Both the position numbers and the translations under genes were made by a program. Positions 28,653-38,405 of a stretch of 64,000 nucleotides of DNA are shown one piece after another. This DNA comes from an uncultured Actinomycetes bacterium (lineage in GTDB: Bacteria > Actinomycetota > Thermoleophilia > UBA2241). Below the pieces are notes generated by a model, which saw only the letters and a list, made by a program, of their open reading frames with translations, was not told the DNA's origin and ran no database searches. How positions within the stretch are numbered: the stretch's first letter is position 1; each line of letters opens with the position of its first letter. The DNA is taken from positions 224,001-288,000 of the forward strand of contig CAVYCN010000002.1 of assembly GCA_963767005.1 (NCBI GenBank). The letters run 5' to 3'.

Positions 28653-29780
28653 ATGGACCTGCGCGCGTATCTGCGCCATCTCGACTACCTGCTCCTCGCG
28701 GCGATGGTCTGCCTGCTCGTCTACGGCGTCATCATGGTCTATTTCGCGACGCGGTACGACACGGCGACGCCGACTTACTACGCGCGCTCCCAGGTGATCT
28801 ACGCCGCAGTCGGCCTGGTGGCCCTCGTCGTGCTCTCGCGTCTCGACTACGAGCTCTTCCGGCGCTGGCAGTGGCCGCTGTACGCCTTCGCGCTGCTGTC
28901 GATCGCCGCCGTCTTCGCGCTCGGCCCCGTCACGCGCGGCTCGCGCCGCTGGCTGTCGCTGGGCTTCGTCAAGTTCCAGCCGTCCGAGCTCGCCCTGGTG
29001 ATCGTCACGGTGACCCTGGCGGCCTACCTCACCGACCGGCTGCAGAACATCGGCATGCGTCGCATGACGGTCATCGCGCTCGCCTACGTGGCCCTGCCGG
29101 CGGCGCTCGTCTTCGCCCAGCCCGATCTCGGCACGGCCATGGTGTTCGTCGTCCTCGCTCTCACGCTGCTGCTCTTCTACGGCACGTCGTGGACGCATTT
29201 CGCCGCGCTGCTGGGCGCCGCGGCCGGCCTGGCGGTGCTCGTGCTGAAGGTGCTGCCCGCGGTCGGGCTGAGCGTCGTGCACGGCTACCAGATGCAGCGC
29301 CTCACGGTGTTCCTGCACCCCGGCCACGACACGCAGGGGGCGGGCTACAACCTGACGCAGTCGCTGATCGCGGTGGGCTCGGGCGCCCTGCGCGGTCGCG
29401 GCGACCAGGCGACCCAGACCGTCCTCGACTTCCTGCCCGAGCACCACACCGACTTCATCTTCGCCGTCATCGGCGAGCGCTACGGGTTCGTCGGCGCGGC
29501 CGTGCTGCTGCTGCTCTTCGGCATCGTCATCTGGCGCGCGCTGCGCATCGCGACGATCTCGCGCGACCTCTACGGCAGCCTGATCGCGGGCACGATCGCC
29601 GCGATCTTCCTGTTTGAGGTGTTCGTGAACATCGGTATGACTATTGGTATCATGCCGATCACCGGCATCCCGCTGCCGTTCATCAGCTACGGCGGCGCGG
29701 CACTGATCACAGACCTGATGCTGGTCGGTCTCCTCGAGAGCGTTCACCTGCGAGGCCGGCTGGCGGGAAGCGGCGGCTGA
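28653..29780 (+). CDS. rodA: SEDS glycosyltransferase RodA
   Basis: FQPSEL, QPDLGTA, LPEHHTDFIF and GIPLPFISYGG motifs. Confidence 0.94.
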   Translation: MDLRAYLRHLDYLLLAAMVCLLVYGVIMVYFATRYDTATPTYYARSQVIYAAVGLVALVVLSRLDYELFRRWQWPLYAFALLSIAAVFALGPVTRGSRRWLSLGFVKFQPSELALVIVTVTLAAYLTDRLQNIGMRRMTVIALAYVALPAALVFAQPDLGTAMVFVVLALTLLLFYGTSWTHFAALLGAAAGLAVLVLKVLPAVGLSVVHGYQMQRLTVFLHPGHDTQGAGYNLTQSLIAVGSGALRGRGDQATQTVLDFLPEHHTDFIFAVIGERYGFVGAAVLLLLFGIVIWRALRIATISRDLYGSLIAGTIAAIFLFEVFVNIGMTIGIMPITGIPLPFISYGGAALITDLMLVGLLESVHLRGRLAGSGG

Positions 29781-29783
29781 CCC

Positions 29784-30713
29784 ATGGCGCTCACCAACGT
29801 CCGCACGATCCTCAAGGCGCTCGCCGACGTGCGCAAGCACACCCCGAGCGCGAGCCGCATCTGCCTGGTCGGCACGCCCGACCTGCTGGCCGACGCCGCC
29901 CGCATGCTGTCGGCCGGCGCCGACGACGCGAGCGCCGGCCTGAGCCGGGCCTTCGACGTGCTCGAGCGCGCCGACTTTCCCGGCCGCCCCGAGGCGCTGG
30001 CGCGCTGGGCGGTCATCGTGTTCCTCGAAGACGCCCAGGCGCCCGTGCGTCCCGAGCTCGGGCCGACCGTGGCGTTCTGCCGGGCCGCTCACGTGCCGGC
30101 CGTGGTCGCGGCCGTGCGCGACACCGAGGCCGTCACGCTCGACCGGCACGCCTTCATGACCCTCGCCGGGCTGTCGGGGCGCGAGCTCGTGCTGCACACC
30201 CGCGGCACGCCGGCCGGCAAGTCGGCCCTGGCCCGGCGCATCGCGCAGGTAGCCGGGCAGGACGGCCTTGCCCTCGCCGCGGCGCTGCCGGCCCTGCGCC
30301 CGGTGGTCATCCAGCACACGATCGACGCCACCGCTCGCCAGAACGCCGTGGTCGGCGCCGTCATCTTCCTGCCCGGCGCCGACATGCCGGTCATGACCGT
30401 GAACCAGCTCAAGATGGTGCTCCGCATCGGCGCCGCCTACGGCTACAAGCCCGACCTGCAGCGCACCGTCGAGATGCTGGGCGTGATCATGTCCGGCTTC
30501 GGCATGCGCGCCCTGGCGCGCCGCGCCGTCGACTCCGTGCCCGGCCTGGGTTGGGCGATGAAGGCGAGCGTCGGCTACGTCGGCACCGAAGCCATCGGCC
30601 GATCCGCGGTGCTCTACTTCGAAAATGGAGCGCCGCTCACGGCGAGCCGGTTCCCCCGCCTCGCCAGCCAACTTGGAAAGTTTGAGAAGATTGCCAGAGG
30701 ACTCACCCCGTGA
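29784..30713 (+). CDS. DUF697-like protein
   Basis: QNAVVGAVIFLPGADMPVMTVNQLKMVLRIGAAYG...VPGLGWA pattern. Confidence 0.7.
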   Translation: MALTNVRTILKALADVRKHTPSASRICLVGTPDLLADAARMLSAGADDASAGLSRAFDVLERADFPGRPEALARWAVIVFLEDAQAPVRPELGPTVAFCRAAHVPAVVAAVRDTEAVTLDRHAFMTLAGLSGRELVLHTRGTPAGKSALARRIAQVAGQDGLALAAALPALRPVVIQHTIDATARQNAVVGAVIFLPGADMPVMTVNQLKMVLRIGAAYGYKPDLQRTVEMLGVIMSGFGMRALARRAVDSVPGLGWAMKASVGYVGTEAIGRSAVLYFENGAPLTASRFPRLASQLGKFEKIARGLTP

Positions 30714-32508
30714 GGACCACCGCCCGCAGCAGCTGACCGACCTCCTCGCGCGCGTCGCCCGGCCCGGGCGCTACGTCGGCGGCGAGTTTCACGCCCGCCA
30801 CAAGCCCGCCGGCCGGCCGCGCGTGGTGCTGTCGTACCCCGACGTCTACGAGATCGGGATCGCCAACCTCGGGCTCCAGATCCTCTATGCGCAGATCAAC
30901 GACGCGTCCCCGGCCGCGGCCGAGCGCGCCTACTGCCCATGGCCCGACATGGCCGCTCTCATGCGCGCCCACGGCGTACCGCTGTGGACTCTCGAGAGCG
31001 GCGCGCCGGTCGGCGACGCCGACCTGTGGGGCTTCACGCTCCAGCACGAGCTGACCTACACGAACGTCCTCGAGATGCTCGACCTGGCCGGCGTGCCGCT
31101 GCACGCGGCGGAGCGCTCCGCCGGCGATCCGATCGTGCTCGGCGGCGGGCCCGGCACGGCCAACCCCCTGCCGCTCGCGCGGTTCTTCGACGCCTTCTTT
31201 GTCGGCGAGGCCGAGGGCCGCATCGGCGACCTCGTCGCGGCCCTCGAGGCCCCCGACCGGACCGCGCGCCTGCGCCGTCTGGCCGCGGTGCCCGGCGTGT
31301 GGGTGCCGTCGAGCGCCGCGGACGCGCGCGTGCGGCGTCAGGTGTTCAGCGAGTTCTCTCGCACGCCACCGCTCACGGCGCCGCTCGTGCCCCTGATCGA
31401 AGGCGTCCACGACCGCGCCGTGATCGAGGTCATGCGCGGCTGCACCGCCGGCTGCCGCTTCTGCCAGGCCGGCATCTGGTACCGGCCCGTGCGGGAGCGC
31501 CCCGCGGAGATGGTCGTCGAGGCGGCGGCCGGCGCCCTGCGGGCCACCGGCTGCGACGAGGTCTCCCTCATCTCGCTCTCGTCGTGTGACTACGGTGGCG
31601 TGCGCGCGGCGATCGCCGGCATCCGCGAGCGCTTCCCCCACGTGCGCGTCTCGCTGCCCTCGCTGCGCGTCGATTCGGCCGCCGTCGTGCTCGCCGGCCT
31701 CGGCGCGGAGCAGCGCGGCTCGGTCACCCTCGCCCCCGAGGCGGGCAGCCAGACGCTGCGCGACGCCGTCAACAAGCGGGTCGGCGAGGACGAGTTCACC
31801 GCCGCCGTCGAGGCGGTCTTCCGCGCCGGCTACAGCGGCCTGAAGCTGTATTTCATGGTCGGCCTGCCGGGCGAGACCGACGACGACGTCGCGGCGATCG
31901 CGGGCCTGACCCGCAGGGCGCTCGAACGCGCCGCTGCGACGGCTCCATCGAGGGCGCGCGTCTCCCTGGCGGTCTCGTCGTTCGTGCCCAAGGCGCACAC
32001 CGCCTTCGAGCGCGCCGGCTTCGCCGGCGAGGCCCTGATCAGGCGGCGGCAGGAGCTCCTCCGGCAGCGCCTGCCGCGCCAGACGAGGGTGCGCTTCCAC
32101 GACGTCGAGACGTCGCTCGTCGAGGCGACCTTGGCGATGGGCGGGCGCGAGGTCGGCGCGCTCGTCGAGGCGGCCTGGCGCGGCGGGGCGCGCTTCGACG
32201 GCTGGAGCGAGTCGTTCGACGCCGGCGTGTGGCGGCGCGCGGCCGACGAGCTCGGCCTCGAGCTCGGCGGCCGCGCCTGGGCGGCGGCCGACGACCTGCC
32301 CTGGCGGACGGTCGACCCGCTCGTCGACGACGCCTTCCTGCGCGCCGAGGCGGCGCGTGGGGCCGAGGGCGTGACGACCGACGACTGCCGCGACGGGGCC
32401 TGCGCGTCCTGCGGGGTGTGCGGCGCTGAGATCGAGATGGACCTCGTGGCGGGCGGCGACCGGCGGACCGCTCGCTTGCAGACGAGCGCGGGCGGGGAGG
32501 AGCGGTGA
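30691..32508 (+). CDS. TIGR03960-type B12-binding radical SAM protein
   Basis: PGRYVGGE, YPDVYEIG, EVMRGCTAGCRFCQAG (CxxxCxxC), APEAGS and a C-terminal Cys cluster; start approximate. Confidence 0.88.
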   Translation: MPEDSPREDHRPQQLTDLLARVARPGRYVGGEFHARHKPAGRPRVVLSYPDVYEIGIANLGLQILYAQINDASPAAAERAYCPWPDMAALMRAHGVPLWTLESGAPVGDADLWGFTLQHELTYTNVLEMLDLAGVPLHAAERSAGDPIVLGGGPGTANPLPLARFFDAFFVGEAEGRIGDLVAALEAPDRTARLRRLAAVPGVWVPSSAADARVRRQVFSEFSRTPPLTAPLVPLIEGVHDRAVIEVMRGCTAGCRFCQAGIWYRPVRERPAEMVVEAAAGALRATGCDEVSLISLSSCDYGGVRAAIAGIRERFPHVRVSLPSLRVDSAAVVLAGLGAEQRGSVTLAPEAGSQTLRDAVNKRVGEDEFTAAVEAVFRAGYSGLKLYFMVGLPGETDDDVAAIAGLTRRALERAAATAPSRARVSLAVSSFVPKAHTAFERAGFAGEALIRRRQELLRQRLPRQTRVRFHDVETSLVEATLAMGGREVGALVEAAWRGGARFDGWSESFDAGVWRRAADELGLELGGRAWAAADDLPWRTVDPLVDDAFLRAEAARGAEGVTTDDCRDGACASCGVCGAEIEMDLVAGGDRRTARLQTSAGGEER

Positions 32509-33242
32509 GCTGGTGGCTGCTGAGCTTTGCCCGCGGCGGTCCCGCGCGCTACATCTCGCACCTCGACACCATGCGCGTCGTGCAGCGCACCTTCGCGCGG
32601 GCCGGCATCGAGCTCGCCTTCTCACAGGGCATGCGGCCCAAGCCGCGCCTTTCGCTGCCGCTGCCCTTGCAGACCGGTGCGGCCGCGCTCGACGAGCTCG
32701 CCGTGGTCGAGGTCGCCGAAGAGACGCCGGCGGCAGCGCTCGGGGAGCGCCTGCGGGCACTGCGCGCAGGCGCGGCCGATGGCTTCTCGTTCGAGCGGCT
32801 CAGCCTGGCCGAGGCGCGCGTGCGACCGCAGCCGGTCGCGGCGGCATACGAGTGCCGCCTGGCGGCGCCGGTCGCGGCGGTCGACGAGGCGCTCGCGGCG
32901 CTTGCCGCCGCGCCTCAGTCGCCGGTCGAGCGGCGCTCGCCGAAAGGGAGTCGCACGTTCGACTTGAAGAAGTACGTCAGTGGCCTGGCGGCGTGCCCGC
33001 ACGACGCCGGCACCAAGGTTTCTTTCACACTGCGCTACGGGCCGGACGGCTCGGCGCGCGTCGACGAGGTCGTCGCCGCGCTCGCCGCCCGCCTGGGGAT
33101 CGAGCCCGTCGTGCTCGGCCTCGTGCGCACGCACGTGGACTGGAAGGGTTTGCGGCCGCGGCCATCCGGCGCGGCCGAGCAGGTTTCGTCCGACGACGCA
33201 GCGAGCGTCGCGGACCTAAAGGAGATGACGACACGTGAGTGA
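32505..33242 (+). CDS. TIGR03936-type radical SAM-associated protein
   Basis: RYISHLD...FSQGMRPKPRLS motif; GTGA coupling to the upstream gene. Confidence 0.85.
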   Translation: MSWWLLSFARGGPARYISHLDTMRVVQRTFARAGIELAFSQGMRPKPRLSLPLPLQTGAAALDELAVVEVAEETPAAALGERLRALRAGAADGFSFERLSLAEARVRPQPVAAAYECRLAAPVAAVDEALAALAAAPQSPVERRSPKGSRTFDLKKYVSGLAACPHDAGTKVSFTLRYGPDGSARVDEVVAALAARLGIEPVVLGLVRTHVDWKGLRPRPSGAAEQVSSDDAASVADLKEMTTRE

Positions 33243-36200
33243 CGAACAACCCAAGCGCCGCCGCCGTGCGGCGCGTCCGCGACGCGCGGCTGTCGAAGGC
33301 GACGCCGCGCTCGAGCCGGCCAAGACCGCTGCGGGCGAGAGCGACGAGCCTTCTGCTACCGTCGCGCCGCCGCCTCAGGGCGCCGCGACGCCCCCGTCGC
33401 CCGACGCCGGCGGTGCGGACCGCGATGAGCGGCCCCGGCGCGGAGCGCCGGAAGCAGCCGGCGACGACGACCGCGAGGCCGGCGACGGCGGACCCGAGAT
33501 CCGCGTGACCGAGCCCGGTGCGTGGGCCGCGCTTCACGCGCGCCGCACGCGGGGGCGCCGTCCCGTCCGGCGCGGCCGGTCCGCGACACCGTCGAGCGAC
33601 GCGGGCGGCGAAGCCCCGCCGGCGGCGGCCGCGACCACAGCAGGAGCCGCGACCGCGGCAGAGACGGCGACCACGACCGGGCCCGCCCGCCCGGCGGCCA
33701 CCACCGCCGTCGAGGAGGCCCGCGTCGCGGGCGCGAGCGAGGCGCCGCCGCCGGCCGCCGGTCCGGCGACCGCGCGCGACGAGGAGCGTGACGTGATCGT
33801 GGCCACGGCGGCGCCCGACGAGGCGCTCCTCGAGCGCTCGCCGACGCCCGTGTCCGACGAGGCCATGGCCGCCGCCGCAGCCGACCGTGACGTGGCGCCG
33901 TCGCGGCGTCGCCGGCGCGGCCGTCGCGGCCGCGGCGGGTCGGCGGCGGCCGAGGCGCGACCCGACGAGGGCGTCGCTGCGCCGGCGCAGGCCCAGGTCG
34001 AGGGCGGTGGTGACGCCGCCGGCAAGGCGGCGCCGACCGACGCCGACGCGCGCCCCGCGTCGGGCGGCGGCGAGCCGTCGGTCGTCGAGCCGCAGGCGAC
34101 GGCCGCGCCAGACGCGACGGCCGCGCCGGAGGCGACGGCTGCGACGACGGCCGACGCGACGACCGAGGAAGAGGGCGACGACGGACACCGGCGCCGGCGT
34201 CGCGGACACCGCGGCGGGCGTCGGCATCGCCGTCACAACGGCGACGGCGAGGCGCCGGTCGAGACGGCGGTCGCCGAGACCGGCGACGTAGAGCCGGCGG
34301 CCACCGGCGCCGACGCCGCGGCCCTGGCCGGCGAGGCCGTCGTCGGCGACGATGCGACGCCGCCCGCCGCCGTCGAGACGGCGGTCGCCGAGAGCGAGCA
34401 GGGGGAGGAGCCCTCCGAAGGCGGGCCGAGTCGACGCCGTCGCCGCCGTCGCCGGGGCGGCGGCAGCGGTGAGACCGACGAGGCCGCCACCGAGCCGGCG
34501 ACCGCCGAGCCCGCCGCCCGGGCGCAGGCGGGCGAGGCCGAACCGGCCGAGGGAGTCGGTCGCCGCCGTGGCGGCCGCCTGCGGCGTCCGAAGGACACCG
34601 GCGTCACCGCCGACCTGCCGGGCCACAAGGAAATCCTCGTGAGCGAGGACGCCGGCGAGATGCGCGTAGCCCTGGTCGAGGACGGCCGCCTGGCCGAGAT
34701 CTACATCGAGCGCCCGGGTAAGCGCTCGTACGCGGGCAACATCTACCGCGGCAAGGTCGACAACGTGCTGCCCGGCATGGACGCCGCGTTCGTCGACATC
34801 GGCCTCGAGCGCAACGGCTTCCTGTATGTCGACGACGTCGCCGATCCCGAGGACGGCGAGAAGCGCCCGCACAAGATCACGCAGATGCTCAAGCCGGGCC
34901 AGGAGATCATGGTCCAGGTGTCCAAGGACCCGATGGGCAGCAAGGGGGCGCGCCTGACGGGCCAGCTGTCGCTGGCCGGACGCTACCTCGTCTACGTGCC
35001 CGGCGGCTCCGGCGTGGGCGTGTCGCGCCGCCTGCCGACCGACGAGCGCGACCGTCTGCGCGAGCTCTGCAAGTCGCTCAAGGCCAAGGACGCCGGCTTG
35101 ATCGTGCGCACCGTCGCCGAGGGCAAGAGCGTCGAGGAGATGAAGGGCGACCTGCGTTTCCTGTCGCGCCTCTGGACCCGCCTCAAGGCCAAGGCCGACA
35201 AGGTCAAGGCGCCCGGTCTCGTCTACGCCGAGGCCGACGTGTCGCTGCAGGTCGCGCGCGACCTGTACGACGAGTCGTTCGCGGCCGTGCTCGTCGACGG
35301 CGAGAAGCGCCGCAAGGAGCTCGTGGGCTACCTCGACAAGGTCGCTCCCGAGCTGGCCACCCGCGTCAAGCTGTACGAAGACGACGAGGCGCTGTTCAAG
35401 GCGCACGGCATCGAGGAGCAGATCGCGCGCGCCCTGGAGCGCCGGGTACCGCTGCCGAGCGGCGGCAACCTCGTGATCGACCACACCGAGGCGCTCACCG
35501 TGATCGACGTGAACACGGGCCGCTTCACCGGCGGCAAGGGCCTCGAGGACACGATCACGCGCAACAACCTCGAGGCCGCCCGCGAGGTCGTGCGCCAGCT
35601 CCGGCTGCGCGACATCGGCGGCATCATCATCATCGACTTCATCGACATGGAGTACGCGCGCAACCGCGAGGCGGTGCTGGCCAAGCTCCAGGCCGAGCTC
35701 GCCACCGACCGGACCAAGACCTACGTCGTCGAGATCTCGCCGCTCGGCCTGGTCGAGATGACGAGGCAGAACATCACCGACGGCGCGCGAGGCATCCTCA
35801 CCCAGACCTGCCCGGTCTGCGAGGGGAAGGCGCGGGTGCTGTCGGCCGAGACCATGGCGATCACGATCGAGCGTCGGCTCGGCGAGCACGCCGCCGACAC
35901 GCAGGCGCGGGCCCTGCTGATCGAGGTCAACACCGCGGTCGCCGAGCGGCTTACCGTCGGCGGCCGCGTGAAGCGTCTCGAGCGCGCCACCGGCAAGCGC
36001 ATCTTCCTCGAAGGCTCGCGCTTCCTGCCGATCGAGACCTTCCGCATCGTGGCGGAAGGGTCGCTCGAGGCGGTCGAGTCGCACCGCATCCCGGTCCGCG
36101 AGGACGAGGAGGTGGCCGTCGAGCTCGAGTACGCCCTGACCTACAGCCCCGGTGATGCCGTCGCTCACGTGAGCGGGTATCAGGTGATCGTGCTGAACGG

Positions 36201-36282
36201 CCGGCGAGCGCTCGGCGAGAAGCGCAAGGTGCGCATCACGTCGCTCACCCGGGCGGGTGCGATGGGCGTGATCGTCTCGTAG
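33235..36282 (+). CDS. rne: Ribonuclease E/G with a long disordered N-terminus
   Basis: GNIYRGKV, AAFVDIG, TEALTVIDVNTG, RLRDIGGIIIIDFIDM and CPVC motifs; ~460 aa of Ala/Glu/Arg-cluster N-terminal region. Confidence 0.92.
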   Translation: MSDEQPKRRRRAARPRRAAVEGDAALEPAKTAAGESDEPSATVAPPPQGAATPPSPDAGGADRDERPRRGAPEAAGDDDREAGDGGPEIRVTEPGAWAALHARRTRGRRPVRRGRSATPSSDAGGEAPPAAAATTAGAATAAETATTTGPARPAATTAVEEARVAGASEAPPPAAGPATARDEERDVIVATAAPDEALLERSPTPVSDEAMAAAAADRDVAPSRRRRRGRRGRGGSAAAEARPDEGVAAPAQAQVEGGGDAAGKAAPTDADARPASGGGEPSVVEPQATAAPDATAAPEATAATTADATTEEEGDDGHRRRRRGHRGGRRHRRHNGDGEAPVETAVAETGDVEPAATGADAAALAGEAVVGDDATPPAAVETAVAESEQGEEPSEGGPSRRRRRRRRGGGSGETDEAATEPATAEPAARAQAGEAEPAEGVGRRRGGRLRRPKDTGVTADLPGHKEILVSEDAGEMRVALVEDGRLAEIYIERPGKRSYAGNIYRGKVDNVLPGMDAAFVDIGLERNGFLYVDDVADPEDGEKRPHKITQMLKPGQEIMVQVSKDPMGSKGARLTGQLSLAGRYLVYVPGGSGVGVSRRLPTDERDRLRELCKSLKAKDAGLIVRTVAEGKSVEEMKGDLRFLSRLWTRLKAKADKVKAPGLVYAEADVSLQVARDLYDESFAAVLVDGEKRRKELVGYLDKVAPELATRVKLYEDDEALFKAHGIEEQIARALERRVPLPSGGNLVIDHTEALTVIDVNTGRFTGGKGLEDTITRNNLEAAREVVRQLRLRDIGGIIIIDFIDMEYARNREAVLAKLQAELATDRTKTYVVEISPLGLVEMTRQNITDGARGILTQTCPVCEGKARVLSAETMAITIERRLGEHAADTQARALLIEVNTAVAERLTVGGRVKRLERATGKRIFLEGSRFLPIETFRIVAEGSLEAVESHRIPVREDEEVAVELEYALTYSPGDAVAHVSGYQVIVLNGRRALGEKRKVRITSLTRAGAMGVIVS

Positions 36283-36323
36283 GCGTCGGCGGCGCGGGAC
36301 CGTGGTCCCGCGCCGCCGACGCC
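36282..36323 (+). terminator. Hairpin after rne
   Basis: ggcgtcggcggcgcgggac-cgtg-gtcccgcgccgccgacgcc. Confidence 0.6.
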
Positions 36324-36362
36324 CTCCGGGTGGCCTCCGGCGCCGCGGCGCCGGAGGCCGCG

Positions 36363-36391
36363 TTGACAGTCCGAAGGCTATCGACTAGCAT
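36363..36391 (+). promoter_or_regulatory. Housekeeping promoter of rplU
   Basis: TTGACA-N17-TAGCAT. Confidence 0.75.
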
Positions 36392-36419
36392 CGTTGGCCG
36401 TTGTCTTACGGGAGAAGGC

Positions 36420-36773
36420 ATGACTGACACCTCCGCGCCGTACGCCATCGTGCGAGTCGGCGGCAAGCAGTACAAGGTGGCCAAGGGCGACTCGATCGTG
36501 GTCGACCGCGTCGCCGCCGACGAGGGCGCTCACATCGAGCTCGTACCGCTCGCCGTGCGCGACGAGAGCGGTGAGATGCACGCCGGCAAGACGGCGCGCG
36601 CCAAGGTCAAGGCCACGGTCGTCGAGCACCTGCTGGGCGACAAGATCGACGTGTTCACCTACCGGCCGAAGTCGACGTACAAGAAGTCGCACGGCCATCG
36701 CAGCCGGCTCACCAAGCTCGACATCGACGCGATCGACATCGCCGGCCAGAAGGAGAAGAAGAGTGGCTCATAA
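36420..36773 (+). CDS. rplU: 50S ribosomal protein L21
   Basis: [13 protein letters not shown]...GHR. Confidence 0.95.
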   Translation: MTDTSAPYAIVRVGGKQYKVAKGDSIVVDRVAADEGAHIELVPLAVRDESGEMHAGKTARAKVKATVVEHLLGDKIDVFTYRPKSTYKKSHGHRSRLTKLDIDAIDIAGQKEKKSGS

Positions 36774-37017
36774 GAAGGGCGCCGGTACCAGCCGCAACGG
36801 CCGCGACTCCGAAGCCAAGCGCCTCGGCGTCAAGGCCTTTGCCGGGCAGGTCGTGCCGGCCGGCTCCATCATCGTCCGTCAGCGCGGTACGCGGTTCCGT
36901 CCCGGCGTCGGCGCCGGCATCGGCGTCGATCACACCATCTTCGCCCGCACGACGGGCCGCATCGAGTTCGGGCGCAGCGGTAGCGACCGAATCATCTCGA
37001 TCGTCCCCGAGGCCTAG
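36763..37017 (+). CDS. rpmA: 50S ribosomal protein L27
   Basis: [24 protein letters not shown]. Confidence 0.97.
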   Translation: MAHKKGAGTSRNGRDSEAKRLGVKAFAGQVVPAGSIIVRQRGTRFRPGVGAGIGVDHTIFARTTGRIEFGRSGSDRIISIVPEA

Positions 37018-37053
37018 CGCCCTCGTCCGGCCGGGTCGGCCGGGTCCGTCCTT

Positions 37054-38331
37054 ATGCTGAGCGACCACGCGACCATCAACGTCCGCGGCGGTAGCGGGGG
37101 GGCTGGGGCGGTCAGCTTCCGGCGCGAGAAGCACGTGCCGCGTGGCGGCCCCGACGGCGGCAACGGTGGGCCCGGCGGCGACGTCGTGATCGTCGCGAGC
37201 CGCCAGCACCGCGACCTCGCCTACTTCCGCCACAAGGTCCATTTCCGCGGGCAGCGCGGCGGCCACGGCATGGGGCAGAACCGCCACGGCAAGGCCGGCG
37301 AGACGACCGTGGTCGAGGTGCCGGTCGGCACCGAGGTGCACGATGCCGAAGGGCTCCTGCTCGCCGACCTCACGCGTGAGGGCCAGCGCTACCTCGCGGC
37401 CCGCGGCGCCGAGGGCGGCCGCGGCAATGTGTGCTTCGTTTCGCCCACGCGGCGCACGCCGCGCTTCGCCGAGAAGGGCCTGCCGGGCGACGAGCGCTGG
37501 CTCACGCTGCAGCTCAAGCTGCTCGCCGACGTCGGTCTCGTCGGCCTGCCCAACGCCGGCAAGTCGTCGCTGCTCGCGGCGCTCACGCGCGCACACCCCA
37601 AGGTCGCGGCCTACCCCTTCACGACGCTCGAGCCCAACCTCGGCACGATGAGCCTGGGCGAGCGCGTCGTCGTGCTCGCCGACATCCCCGGCTTGATCGA
37701 GGGCGCGAGCGCGGGCAGTGGGCTCGGCGACCGGTTCCTGGCGCACATCGAGCGCACCGCCGTGCTGGTCTACGTGGTCGACGGCTCGCTCGGCGTCGAG
37801 GCCGCGCGGGCGGCGGCCGCGACCGTGCGCGGCGAGCTCGCCGCGTTTCGCGCCGAGCTCGCCGATCACCCCGGCCTGATCGCCGTGAACAAGGCCGATC
37901 TGATCGACGAGGACACGGCCGGCAAGGTCGCCGCGGCGCTTGCGACCGATGCGGCCCGGGCCGGCGACGCGGTGGTCGTGGTGTCGGCCGTCGAGCAGCA
38001 GGGCCTCGACGCGCTGCGGCGCGCCCTCGCCGACGTCGTCGAGCGTGTCACGCCGCCGCCCGAGGCCTTCGAGGAGGCCGAGCCCGTCCTGCTGCGGCCG
38101 GCCGAGGGCCGCCTCGGCGACTTCACGGTGCGGCGCGACGGCGTCGCCTGGCGCGTCGAAGGACGCGTGCTGGAGCGCCTGGTCGCCAAGGCCGAGCTCG
38201 GCAACGACGAGGCGGTGCGCTACCTGCAGGACGTGATGGAGCGGGCCGGCGTGTCCGACGCGCTGCGCAAGGCCGGCGCCGTCGACGGCGACACCATCGT
38301 GATCGGTGCCGCGGAGTTCGTGCTCGCGTGA
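37054..38331 (+). CDS. obgE: GTPase ObgE
   Basis: GGPDGGNGG, GLPNAGKS, YPFTT, DIPG and NKAD motifs plus the C-terminal OCT domain. Confidence 0.96.
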   Translation: MLSDHATINVRGGSGGAGAVSFRREKHVPRGGPDGGNGGPGGDVVIVASRQHRDLAYFRHKVHFRGQRGGHGMGQNRHGKAGETTVVEVPVGTEVHDAEGLLLADLTREGQRYLAARGAEGGRGNVCFVSPTRRTPRFAEKGLPGDERWLTLQLKLLADVGLVGLPNAGKSSLLAALTRAHPKVAAYPFTTLEPNLGTMSLGERVVVLADIPGLIEGASAGSGLGDRFLAHIERTAVLVYVVDGSLGVEAARAAAATVRGELAAFRAELADHPGLIAVNKADLIDEDTAGKVAAALATDAARAGDAVVVVSAVEQQGLDALRRALADVVERVTPPPEAFEEAEPVLLRPAEGRLGDFTVRRDGVAWRVEGRVLERLVAKAELGNDEAVRYLQDVMERAGVSDALRKAGAVDGDTIVIGAAEFVLA

Positions 38332-38372
38332 GGGGCCGTTCGAGCCGGCGGGCTGATGAGTAGAATGAAGAC

Positions 38373-38405
38373 ATGAAGATTGGCGTCGTGGAGCCGGACG
38401 TATGA
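38373..38405 (+). CDS. Putative leaderless uORF MKIGVVEPDV
   Basis: TAGAAT (38361) lies 6 nt before ATG 38373; its TGA overlaps the proB ATG. Confidence 0.35.
   Translation: MKIGVVEPDV

Noticed and set aside
30710-30736. GTGA-coupled start or frameshift for the radical SAM gene
   Set aside because: That frame stops after 8 codons. An in-frame TTG (30691) gives an intact ORF, so no pseudogene call is needed.
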